DNA of 64,000 nt from the human T2T-CHM13v2.0 reference genome, Homo sapiens, in the NCBI RefSeq assembly GCF_009914755.1, contig NC_060941.1. One strand, 5' to 3'. Positions 45,084-57,000 of the stretch are shown here, piece by piece. Under the pieces are notes generated by a model. It was not told the origin of the DNA and searched no databases. It saw nothing but the letters and a program-made list of their open reading frames with translations. Numbering within the stretch: the first letter of the stretch is position 1; each line of letters starts with the position of its first letter. The position numbers were made by a program, and so were the translations under genes.

Positions 45084-45808
45084 CTAAACAAATTTATGGT
45101 GTTTGCAGTTGGATTAGCCACAGAATGAGCTGTGATCCCTGTTTATTTTCTGCCTGCCTTCGTGAGTTTAGGTCCTGGTACATGAGTGCCCGGGATCCGG
45201 GAAATGTTGATTACATGTAGTTGTCTGCAATTGAACGGTAGTGGGGGTTGAGGTGGGTGGCCGGACCTGATGGCCAGAAAGATTAAGGCTAAATGCATCT
45301 GAAGAAAAGCAGAGCCAGAGTCTGTCTCTGGTGGCAAGTGTGTCCCAGGTGACCTGCCTAGAGATACCACTAATCAGGAGGAGAAGCCAAGGGGGCCTGT
45401 CAAAGGGGGTGTTCTTATGAGGATAATTGTTTGTTGAAGTACTGTCAGAAACAGATATGTCAGGAGATGGGAACTAAAACACTACAGGTATGAGTGAGTG
45501 ATCAGATCTTATAATGAGAGGGGCTAGGCCTTCTCTAAGGAAGGCTGAGAGATGAGTGAGGCTTAGCAAGGGAGAGGAAAGCAATAGACCCAGCTGTGAA
45601 AGTGTAAAGCAGGATCTTTCAGAGTCAGGCCTAGAACACTGGGTGTGATTAGCTAGTTCTCTTTTAGTTGAAAATTACAGAAACTGATTCTGGATAGCTT
45701 CAAGAGAGATACAAAAGAGGTTAGGGAGTCAGTTACTGAAAGGATAACTGATATATCTTGTAGAATCAGAGGACTGAGATACTTGCCAAGGATAAACTAG
45801 AATCAGAG

Positions 45809-46126
45809 ATGAATCAGTAGGGTGACTATAGCTTACAATAATCTATTTTACACTTCAAAATAGCTAGAAGAGAATAATTCAAATGTTTCTAGCATAAAGA
45901 AAAGACAACTAGCCTGGGCGACAGAGCAAGACTCAGTCTCAAAAAAAAAAAAAAAAAAAAGAAAAGACAAATATTTAAGGCAATGAATATCCCAAGTATA
46001 CTGATTTGATCTTCACTAATTATATGAATGTTTTATATTATCACATGTACCCTGAAAGCATGTACATCTTTATGCATAATAAAATAAAATAAAATAAAAT
46101 AAAATAAAATAAAATAAAATAAAATA
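45809..46126 (+). mobile_element. L1MA-type 3' end with (TAAAA)n tail
   Basis: AGGGTGACTATAG...TTCAAAATAGCTAGAAGAG...TATCACATGTACCC. TSD AAACTAGAATC at 45794 and 46127. Confidence 0.88.
45911..45960 (+). mobile_element. Extremely 5'-truncated Alu (~30 nt + A tail)
   Basis: AGCCTGGGCGACAGAGCAAGACTCAGTCTC(A)20, flanked by TSD AAAGAAAAGACAA(C/A)TA. Confidence 0.9.
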
Positions 46127-46336
46127 AAACTAGAATCGGGAGTTAGGTTACTGTGGAGAAACCAGGCATTTGTCCTCTCTGACTCTTGCCTCCTACGTCT
46201 CTTTATGTTTCCTTTATTTTTAATTTTTACTGCCAAATGCCATTTTTTGGCTAATCAGGCTGTGGCTGGGCTCCATTATATTTCAATTGCTCATCTGGCC
46301 ACTGCTACCTTCATTAGAATGTGAATACTTGACGGC

Positions 46337-46819
46337 TGTTTAGTGGGCTGAATGGAGTCCCCAGATATATCAGGTCCTAATCCTTGGAACCTTGAATGTT
46401 ACTTTATATGGGAAAGATTTTGCATATATGAATAAATTAAGGATCTCGAGATAAGGAAATTATCCTGGATTGGCCCTATGTGTCTTAGATTCCATCATAA
46501 GTGTCCTTATAAGAGAGAGGCAGAGGGAGATTACGCACTCAGAGGAGAGGACAATGTGAGGATGGAGGCAGATACTGGAGTGATGTGGCTACAAGCCAAG
46601 GGGTGCTGGCAGCTGCCAGAAGTTGGAAGAAGCAAAGAATGTATTTTTCCCTATAGCCCCTGGAGGGATATGGTCCTGTGAGTCCTGTGACACCTTGACT
46701 TCACCCACTGAAACAGGCTTCAGACTTCTGGCCTCCAGAACTGTGAAATACTATATTTCTGTTGTTTAAGCCACTAAATTTGTGGTAATTGACTATAGAG
46801 GCTATAGGACACTAATAAG
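46337..46819 (+). mobile_element. MLT1C-like solo LTR (ERVL-MaLR)
   Basis: GTGGGCTGAATGG...GTGTCCTTATAAGAGAGAGGCAGAGGGAGA...GACTTCTGGCCTCCAGAACTGTGA...TTGTGGTAATT. Confidence 0.88.
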
Positions 46820-47194
46820 AGTAGGGGCCATCCGTTTTCATCCCAGTACCTTGCATAGATGCAGAATGGACTAGGTGTGCGATAAATGGTTATTGAATGA
46901 ATGGATCCTCTGTAGGGAAAACTTTGAACCTAGTCAAAAGAACACAGATCAGGAGACTTGTGTCAATTCTTGGTGCTGCCTCTTAGTTATAGCATGGTCT
47001 TGAAGAATTTACCTCTTAGGACCTCAGTTTTCACTCCTGTAAAATGAAATAATAATATCTGCCCAAGGGTACCATTTGGTGGATTACATGAGATGATGAA
47101 TAGGAAACTGTTTTATAAACAGAATGCCACTATTTTTCTCCTCCATCCTGCCTGGCCCTTTCTGCCACAGACCCTTTGAGGTTGAGAATAACAG
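46788..47194 (+). repeat. Local duplication, copy 2
   Basis: Partner of 44685-45083; begins inside the MLT1 3' end. Confidence 0.95.
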
Positions 47195-47791
47195 GGAAAC
47201 TATCACTGTATCTATGTCTAAGCCCCAGTGTAGCAAGATGAGGAAGAGATTGATGGCTTCCTGAGCTTGGTCTCATCATTATCTCCCCAGAACCAGCTGC
47301 TTCCTTCCTCCCCTCTAGCCTTAGACATTTTTGCCAGTCAGGGATTAAGACCTACTCTCTGGCAGTCAAGATCTGCAGCCTTGTGGGCTGTAGCTACCTG
47401 CTACCTTTCCTGTATTTTTCCATTCTCTCTTCTCTGTAGCTTCTCCATCAAGATGTCATTATCACCTGTTTGCTTCTTGTCCTCTGGGTAGCATACTTTT
47501 GGCCCAGGTGCCTCAAGGGACCTCATTCCTGTTCAGCATACCTGTTGCAAATACCTGGACACAAATGTTCTCAAAGCAAACCCCTCTATCAACTTCCCAG
47601 GGAAATATAGTGCTCCATGTGAATTAATGTTCTAGGTAACTGAAAACCACCCTTTAGTATAAAAAAATCAGGATTGCTTATTCTAATGGAAAATTTCCTA
47701 TACATAAAGCGTTATAGACCTTCTTATCCTTTGACTCAGGAATTTCACACCTGGGTTCCAAAGCTACACAAAGGATTCACAGAATAATTTT

Positions 47792-48096
47792 CTTTTTTCT
47801 TTTCTTTTTTTTTTTTAATTGAGACAGAGTCTCACTCTGTCATCCGGGCTGAAGTGCAGTGGCACAATCTTGGCTCACTCTAACCTCTGCTTCCCAGGTT
47901 CAAGTGATTCTCCTGCTTCCCAAGTAGATAGGGTTACAGGCATGTGCCACCACACCAACTAATTTTTGTATTTTTAGTAGAGATGGGGTTTCACTATGTT
48001 GGCCAGGCTGGTCTCAAACTCCTGACCTCAAGTGATCCTCCTGCCTCAGCCTCCCAAACTGCTGGGATTACAGGCGTGATCCCACCACACCCGGCC
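47792..48096 (-). mobile_element. AluSx/Sz
   Basis: Full dimer. TSD TCACA(G/A)AATAA(T/C)TTT. Confidence 0.95.
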
Positions 48097-48573
48097 ATCA
48101 CAAAATAACTTTTATTGCAGCATTACTGAATAAGCTCAAACTTAAAAATGGTAGAAACATCCAAAACAAAAGGCTAGTTTAATAAATTGTGGCAAGTAAC
48201 TATGTACCTGTTTTGAAGACACTGGAACTTATGTTTAGGCACGCTCCGTATACATGCAGAAAATACAACATTAAGTGAGGAACCATTGTTGTAAAATGGT
48301 AGTATGCAGACACTATTATTTTCTTACCCAGAATGCATTTTCCTCTTCTTTCTGGTTTTATTTAGGTATAACCTCCCTCATGGGAGGTGAGCCTACTTTC
48401 AGTAAAGCCTGACTTGCCTGAGCCTGTCATGGTTGTTCTCTTTCCACTTTTCACTGATTGGTTTAGGGGTGGTCATGTAATCCAGTGGTGGCCGATGGCT
48501 AACTGAGGGGAAGTCTTATTCTGGGGGATTCTGGGATACTTTTCTCTGTTCCTGAAAGAGGTGCACAGAAAGA

Positions 48574-48715
48574 TGAAAAAATTCTGGAGATGGATGGTGG
48601 TGATGGTTGCACAACAATAAACAATATGAGTGTACTTAATACTATTGAACTGTAGAGTTAAATTAGTTGAGATAGTAAATTTTATGTCATATATTTTGTT
48701 ACAATAAAACCTTGT
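48574..48715 (+). mobile_element. Short L1MB 3' end
   Basis: TTCTGGAGATGGATGGTGGTGATGGTTGCACAACAAT...GTAAATTTTATG; flanking direct repeat TGCACAGAAAGA at 48562 and 48728. Confidence 0.85.
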
Positions 48716-48809
48716 AATCAAGAGGGATGCACAGAAAGAGACTGCCTCCATGACTTTGTCTTCCTCTGTGGCAGGGGTGGGGAGTAATTGTGTCTAGATG
48801 TGGAAATAA

Positions 48810-49384
<575 letters not shown>

Positions 49385-50764
49385 GTACAATGAACTCTTG
49401 AATACCTTTCTCAATGACTCACCAGTTAACTTTTTGCCTTAACACGCCAAAAGTTTGACCTTCTATGACCCCTTCCTCCCTGAAATCCTCTTTTCCAGGC
49501 TCCCCATCTCAGTAGTCAGCGCTGTTACAAACCTGTTGCTTTTGCCAGACACCGGAAGTTGTTCTTGATGTCTCCATCTTCCTCTTCCCGTGACACAAAA
49601 CCAACTATCCAGTCCTGTGAATTATATTTCTTTTTTCAACCATTGCAGTTGCCTTCTCACTACATCCCTTATGCCCTCTCTTTCATCCACTTTTATTCAG
49701 AATAACTAGTTATAAGTTTGAAACACACCCAATCATATCAGTCCTTGCTTAACATCCTCAGTGGCATATCCTCAATGGTGTATTGGCTTCTCTCCTTAGT
49801 CTCTTTCATCAGGACCTGACCTAGTTTGTTCTATACCCCATAGCACCCTACGTTTTTCCTTGTTTGTACTTTTCATAATTATAACCGCTAAGTAATTTGT
49901 GTGCACATTTGTTGACTACTATTCTCCCTTATATGTCTATGATGGTAGGGACTTTGATGGTATTTCTCATTGCTGTATCCTCAGAACCTATTCTCAGTTA
50001 GTTACATGATATGCACGCAGTACACATTCACCAGATAAGTAAATACATGAATGAATTAATGCATCACCTCCACTGAGCAGATTTTAATCTGCTGTGAAAT
50101 GAAAACTTGGAATACCAAGTTAGAGCTGCATGTAAATTAAAAGCAAAAAAGCACTGACTGCCAACCTAAGGTGAGTATCTGCCTGTTAGTATTCGGATTG
50201 TCTACCTTCTACCTGCTTAGAGGTGGTGGAGACTAAAGGAAGGAACCTAAACTTGGCTGTCATGCAGATCTTGATGCTGGCTCTGGCCCTGGCCTTGGTT
50301 GCTCTTGGCCTCTTTGAACCTCAGTTTCCAAATCTGCAAGATGGGTATGGTAATATCTATCTCAAAGGGCTTTTGGGAGGCTTAAATCAGATAGCTTTGG
50401 CTTTCTTTCCATCACCTCTTTGCCTGGCAGCATAGTCAGGAGTGCTTAGGCCTCATGCCTCCACCTTCCCCTAAAATTTGACCTGCTTGAAAGCAATGGA
50501 AAAGGGAAGCTTATTATCACAGCCTCAGTCTTGCCTTTGAGTAGCAGCTGAGAGGTAGTTGTTAGTGGGTAGACAGTCACTGTTTCTCATGTGCTTCCTG
50601 GGCCCACGACATAGTCTGACGACAGAATGGGAACAAAGTGGACTTTTTAGTGCTTTGCATAATGATGCCATGCACGACCTCTATTCTGTGCCAATGATGG
50701 TGGAGTTAGGATTTAGATGCTACTGTCTCTAAAGATTGATGTTTTCTTTGTTTGGAACAGAGTG

Positions 50765-50766
<2 letters not shown>

Positions 50767-50805
<39 letters not shown>
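50767..50805 (+). repeat. (GT)19 microsatellite
   Basis: Seen directly; perfect repeat. Confidence 0.98.
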
Positions 50806-50806
<1 letters not shown>

Positions 50807-51639
50807 TAGCCTTTAAAAAGCAAGGAAGAAACAAAGGTTTATGTGCAGGGTGTACTTGTCAGGGGCTCAGTCTTGCAGGGCTGGAACCCAGCTGAAACTT
50901 TTGTCAAAGCCATCAGGCTCTTTGTTAATGAAGCTCCTCCGAATCAAACTGCTCTACATGCCAGTATTTAGCACAAGAAAGGTAAAGACTCATGAAATGA
51001 CAGGGCCTTAGTGTTTTTCCGCACAGGCACTGAGATTCCTTTCGAATGAATGTTGTTAGCACCCTTTCAAACAGCCTCTCCGAAGGTTGCTAACTTATGC
51101 CTATGAGTTCTGCCTTCCTTCCTTGCTGAATATCACATGGTCTTCCCTTCCTCCTCTGCAATTCTCACAGTATGTGTACATGTTTGTGGGGTCTGAGATT
51201 ATATTTGTGTATTAGAGAAAGCCTGTGTTTTTGGATGTATTGGGGAGCTGGGGTATGGGTGCTTCCCAGACCATGGCTGGGGACACTCCTCTTCCTTTCT
51301 ACAAAGCAGGTGAAAAAAAAAAAAAAAAAGAAACTGATTTTACATTCTGAGTCTATGGTCTTACTTTTCCATAATCTTTTATACGTTGGGAAATATTCCT
51401 CTCCTACATATTTTTCTAAGGGAGGGTGATGGACTCTAGAGCCAGAAACCTCTTACAGATGGGGGAAGCTTTTTGAAAAGAGGCAGGGAGGCCATGAAGG
51501 GATGTGAAGCGGAAGATGTTCTCAGAGGAAAAGAGGGCAGAGTGTGTACCTGCAAGAACACCCTCAACTCCCATGAAGGTTTTACAATTTTATATTTTCC
51601 CCTTGGTTTATGAGGACAATCATAGATTATGTATGGTTT

Positions 51640-52140
51640 TAAAAATCAGCTTTATTGAGGAATAATTGTTTTATAATTAGCTGTGTATTTTTAAGGGTAC
51701 GACTTAATATGTTTGACCTATCTACATACCTGTGGGACCAGCGCCACAATCAAAATAATATCCATCATCTCCCCAAATTTACTTTGTTTCTTTGCTCCTT
51801 TGTAATTCATCTCTCTCCCCATGCCATACCCAGACAGCCACCGATCTGCTTCCTGTCACTGTGGATTAGTTTGCATTTTCTAGAATTTTATATAAATGGC
51901 ATCATACAGTGTATGCTTTTTTTGGTCTGTCTTCTTTCACTCGAGGTAATTATTCTGAAGTTCATTTATATTGCTGCATGAATCAATAGGTCATTCCTTT
52001 TATTTTTCCTATATGGTTGTAACATAGTTTGTTTACCCATTCACCTGTTGGACATTTTTGTTATTTACTGTTGTTGGCTATTCCAAAGAAATCTGTGATG
52101 TGCATTTGCCTACAAGTGCTCATATGCTGAAGTATACAGT
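51640..52140 (-). mobile_element. L1MB/L1MC 3' end
   Basis: CAGCTTTATTGAGG...GATTAGTTTGCATTTTCTAGAATTTTATATAAATGG. Confidence 0.85.
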
Positions 52141-52662
52141 CTTAAGCATTTCCTTTTCTCTCATGGTGACATTTCTTTTACTTGTCCCCAGCCTCTGTAA
52201 AGACCAACACAGCCATCCAGTCTTACACAGTGGTGTTGTGGGAAGTAAAGAGACAGGAAGAGGCAGTGTGGCCTGCCCCTTGTTCACTGTCCACTATGTT
52301 GATCTGTGTGGTGACCAGTAGTACAGTGGACGGTGGTCTATAGCAGAACCAGAAATAGCCCAGAGAAGCAGTTACACCAAGGACTCAACTCAGAAACAGC
52401 TATGAGGCAAAGACCCTTTACTCCCAGACAGACTTTGTGGAGGCAGGCTGACATTTGAGATGCACATAAAACATCATGCCCATTGTAGGCACCCAGTACT
52501 TCCAAATTCCCTTTCTGCTATGTGTACTTTCTTAACTGCTTTGTTTGTAAGTTCTAGGTTATCTTCTTAACAATTGTGGTTTGTAGGCAAATAACCTTTG
52601 GCTAAGAGAGGCTTTATTCTGTTATTCTTTAAAAATCTTAGACAGCACATAAATATAGCAAT

Positions 52663-53044
52663 TGTCTCAGTCCATTCCTGCTGCTATAACAACATACCTT
52701 AGGCTGCATAATTTATACACAATAGAAATGTGTTGCCCACAGTTCTGGAGGCTGAGAATTCCAAGATCAAGGCACCAGCAGATTTGGTGTCTGGTGAGGG
52801 ATCTCAGCTTCCAAGATGGCTCTGTGTTATTGTTTCCTCACATGGTGGAAGGAACAGAGGGGCAAAAGCAGGGCTCAGGCACTCCCTGCAACCTCTTTTC
52901 TAAAAGCACTAATCCCATTCACTAAGGTGGTAGTGCTCATGACTTAATCACTTCCTTAAAGGTCTCACCTTCTAATACTATCTAATTGGGTATTGAATTC
53001 CAACATACGAATTTTGGAGGAACACATACATTCAAACAATAGCA
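52663..53044 (-). mobile_element. MSTD/MLT1A-like solo LTR
   Basis: TGTCTCAGTCCATT...CACAGTTCTGGAGGCTG...TCCAAGATCAAGG...ACATTCAAACAATAGCA. 5-bp TSD GCAAT/GCGAT. Confidence 0.88.
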
Positions 53045-53176
53045 GCGATATACACAGATCCTGTGTCTGAGGTGTCCCGAGGTATCCCTCTAACTCATAA
53101 GCCCTCTTTGGAGAGGAGGCTTTTGTTGTATACAGGTATCCTAATGTGTCTTACAGGATAGCACTGTGCCACCTTT

Positions 53177-53633
53177 ATTTTTTTCTTTATAATTGTGTAA
53201 TTTATTATTATTTTGTCATTTTTCCAACTTTTATTTTAGACTCAGGGAGCACATTTGCAGGTTTCTTACCTGGTTATATTGCATGATGCTGAAATTTGGG
53301 GTGTGAATGATCCCCTCACCCAGGTTCTGCATAGTATCCAATAGTTAGTTTTTCAACCCTTGCACTCCTCCCTTTCTCTCCCTCCAGTAGTCCCGTGTCT
53401 ATTGTTCCAGTCTTTACATCCATGAGTGCCCAACATTTAGCTCCCACTTATAAAGGAGAACATGCAATATTTGGCTTACTGTTTCTTTGTTAATTTACCT
53501 GGGATAATAACCTCCAGCTGCATCCACGTTGCTGCAAAGGACATGATTTTGCTATCTTTTTATGGCTGCATAATATTCCATGGTGAATATGCAACACATT
53601 TACTTTATCCAGTTCCATCATTGATGGGCACCT
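53177..53633 (-). mobile_element. 5'-truncated L1 (L1PA16/L1PB-like)
   Basis: ATATTGCATGATGCTGA...TTTAGCTCCCACTTATAA...GCTGCAAAGGACATGAT. TSD TGTGC(C)ACCTTT. Confidence 0.9.
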
Positions 53634-54984
53634 AGTGTGCACCTTTTTAGATATGTTATCAGCACTGCTTCCAAATAGCTTCTATGATGGTTGCTAACTT
53701 ATGCCTGTGAGTTTTCTTCATCATCAATTTCAGAACTATCCCAAAGGCTAAAGAACAGTGAAATACAGGTAAATGGGGTTTCATTTACATCTCAAAAGCC
53801 CCAGATAGCCGGGAATATCTGAAGGACTGACTAGATGATGTCCTGATGATGTCCCTACTTGCATATAATTGCTTAGAACTATGCGAATCAAAGACTTTGC
53901 ACAGTTCCTTATCACCGACTGACAGAGCAGGAGGGGGCTTTACAGGCCGTGTTGTCCAATGGTGTCATTTTTAAGAGGAGCCAGGACAGCTCAGAGAGGT
54001 GAGGTGCCCCACCCAGAGTCACAGAGTTTGTTAGCAGCTAAGCTGGATGAGGAACTCAGCCCTCCAGGCTTCCGGTCCAGGGCTCTCTATCCCAACTCCC
54101 CCCAACCCCCAGCTCTCATTTAGTTTTTCTGCGCTTAATATGTTTTCCTTGAATTGATTTTTCTCCTCTGCCTCATCCATTACCTTGAAGGTTATTTTTG
54201 GTGCTCTTCTCTGCTTCTTTCATTTTGCAGATTGATTTCCCAGGCTTTGCTGAGTTTGGTGGCACTTCCCACCCCAGGGTCTTTGGCTTCATTATTGTTC
54301 TGTTTCCTACCCCCTTTATTGTCTTCCTGGGGCTTATAAAACAGACCAGCCCCCAATATCTCTTAGCCTATCTTCCCTCCCCACTTCCTCCCAAATAGCC
54401 CCCAGGATGCTGCTATTTCCCATCATGCACTATCCCCATCCCCCCTTCAGTCTATTCCCAGATTGCAAAATCTGCTCATAATGACAACCCTCGGAGCTCA
54501 TCCTTCAGTGATAATTCAAGGCTGCACCAGCTACTGGGTAGTGACTACTGATACATCTTTCTGATGGCATGTCTTTTCTCCACTGGGTTTTCATTGTGTG
54601 GAGATGTGTCTATTTGGAATGATTCCTTCTCTTTTAACTATGTGGTGGGTGGGGCATCTGCCAGGTGCTTAGCAGGTGATGGTTGCTAGAGTAAGGAGCG
54701 TTTGTTGTGTGTGGAGAAGGTAAGAGCTGGAGTGAGCACCATTCAGGGCACCAGAGTTATAGTTCCAGCACTGGAGTATTGTAGAAAAACGGAGAGGGCT
54801 TTAGATAGAGTCAGACAAACGTCCTTTCAAAGCCCAGCCTTAGCATTGATTGACTTTGTGATATAAACAGGCCTGAGTTGCCTCATCTGTAAAATGGGGA
54901 TAGTACGAGTACTCAACAACTGTCAGATTGAAAGGCAGTCCTAAATGTGGCAAAGTGTCTAAATTGCTTAGCTCAGAGCCAGAT

Positions 54985-55215
54985 ACTTTCTTCTGGAGTC
55001 AGAAGAGGATGGGCTTCAATCCTGGGCTCCCTGCATAGTAGCTGTAATCCTGCACAAGCTAATTAATTTCTTTAAGCTTCAGTTTTCTTAACTGTAATAT
55101 GAGAAGAATGAATCATATCTAATAAATTGGCTTGATGATTATTACACAGGAGTATATAAAGTACTTAGCACAGTGCCTGGCATGAAGTAAGAACTTAATA
55201 AATGTTAGCTATTTT
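54985..55215 (+). mobile_element. MIR
   Basis: TCTGGAGTCAGA...CTTAGCACAGTGCCTGGCA...AATAAATGTTAGCTATT. Confidence 0.85.
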
Positions 55216-55650
55216 TAGGTGTTCAATAAATGTTACTTTCTTTTCCTTTGTAAATTTAGCCTTTTTTGTTTTTCTTTTTTTTTTTTTTACAAAAGATGAA
55301 TGTACATCTTGAGAATCCTATGAACTTTGAGAAGTTTGAGAAGTTAAGCATTCATCAAATACTTTTCTAAGTATTGAGTCTATTTACTGAGTGTATGATC
55401 TGTAGAGAGAAATATCAACTTCTGTGGAGCTCAAAACCTAATTGGGTGGCAAGCGACTAGGCAAATGATTTCAAGACAATTTATCACCAGAGCCAAAATA
55501 ATAAATTGCCAATTGAACAACTGCTTCAACAATTCAATTCTATATCCACTTATTAAGAACATACTAAAGGCCAGGCATAAAAATGAACAAGACAAAGTCC
55601 CTGCCCTCTAGGAGTTTAGTCTATAAAGGTAGTAGTATTAGTATACACTA

Positions 55651-55704
55651 ATGATGCTGCTGCTGCTGCTGCTGATGATGATGATGGCAATGGTGGTGGT
55701 GGTG
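55651..55704 (+). repeat. Compound trinucleotide tract (ATG/CTG/GTG)
   Basis: ATGATG(CTG)6(ATG)4GCAATG(GTG)n. Confidence 0.85.
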
Positions 55705-55729
55705 ACGTCAACACCTCAACACTAATAGC

Positions 55730-55960
55730 TAAGATGTATAGACAGCTTACTACAAGACAGGTGCTGGCCAAGGGCTTTGCATGCATTGTCTTATTTAATT
55801 CTTACTGGAGCCTTTTGAGATCAGTCATGTTATTCTCTTATGGATGAAGAAAAGGAGGCTCAGAGAGTTAAGCAATTTGCTCAATGCCACATAATTCCTG
55901 GCAGCAGAGTTAGATCTCATACTCAGGTCTGATTCTGGTCAAAGACCTTGCACCCAGCTG
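55730..55960 (-). mobile_element. MIR
   Basis: GATGAAGAAAAGGAGGCTCAGAGAGTTAAGCAATTTGCTCAA. Confidence 0.8.
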
Positions 55961-56504
55961 CTACACTGCACTACCCTTCCATTTCCAGTTACAATGGAGG
56001 AAATAATCACATAAATGCTGTGGTAGAGGAACAAAGTGCTGTGGGGGAAGGGGATTCTGATTCTGACAGGGGTGATTGCTGAAGTCGTCATAGCTGAGGC
56101 GTCTTTGGGGCTAGGTCTTAAGGATAAGTAGTAGATCAATGGCAGGTTATGGAGTGGAAGGGGTTCCAGACGGAGGAAACAGCCTGATAGATAGAAAGAA
56201 GCCTCGAATCTCTAGGTGTGGTTGGGGAACAAGAAACTAAGAAACTAAGAGGTGTGGTAGGAGGAGAGAGGTCTTGCCAAGAGCTTTAGAGTCAAGAGAG
56301 GTCAGAGTAGATTGAGGATCATTGGAGGATGAACTTGTGAGATGCAGCACAAAGGCTAGGGAGCCTCATACTACTTGTTTGGGTAACTCAAGTAATTTAT
56401 TCCAGGATCTGTAGGGAAAGATTTTTAAAACTTTTATGTTTGGAGTTTTTTCACATGTTTGACTGGGGAGCCAGGAGAGTTGGGTTTTAGTGAAAGGCCA
56501 GAAC

Positions 56505-56705
56505 CATAATGGGCTCTGAAGTTGGACCGTTGGGTTTGAATCCCATCTCTATCACTTTCTGACTGTATGATTTTGGCCATAGTTAACACCTCTGTGCCTC
56601 AGTTTCCTCCTCTGCATAATGGGTTGTTGGGAGCTGCAAATAGATGAATGTTTATAAAGCAGTTAGAACAGTCCCTAGCACAAAACAAGCACTCATAAAA
56701 TGATT
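56505..56705 (+). mobile_element. MIR
   Basis: TGGGTTTGAATCCC...CTCTGTGCCTCAGTTTCCTC. Confidence 0.85.
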
Positions 56706-57000
56706 ATTGGTCATGGTTCAAGTACTGGTTGGCCATATGACTTTCTCTATCTGGGCTTCAGAATCCTAATCTATTAATGAAGAGATTGAATAATAATTTC
56801 TATGATCTCTTCCAGTCTAAAATGGTCCAAATGACTTCTTTGGTGAGGAAGTATAAGAACATAATATCTTTAATTTTCTTTTCCTTCATTTCTAGTAAAA
56901 TGAAGAACTAGAGTAATTCAGGGGTGCCAAGCTATGCTGCACAGGGTTTCTGTCCGACTGAACCTTCTTGGAGCTGATAATATTATCAAGACTGATGGTC

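Noticed and set aside
55657-55674. (CTG)6 as an expansion-type repeat
   Set aside because: Too short and embedded in a degenerate tract next to a MIR.
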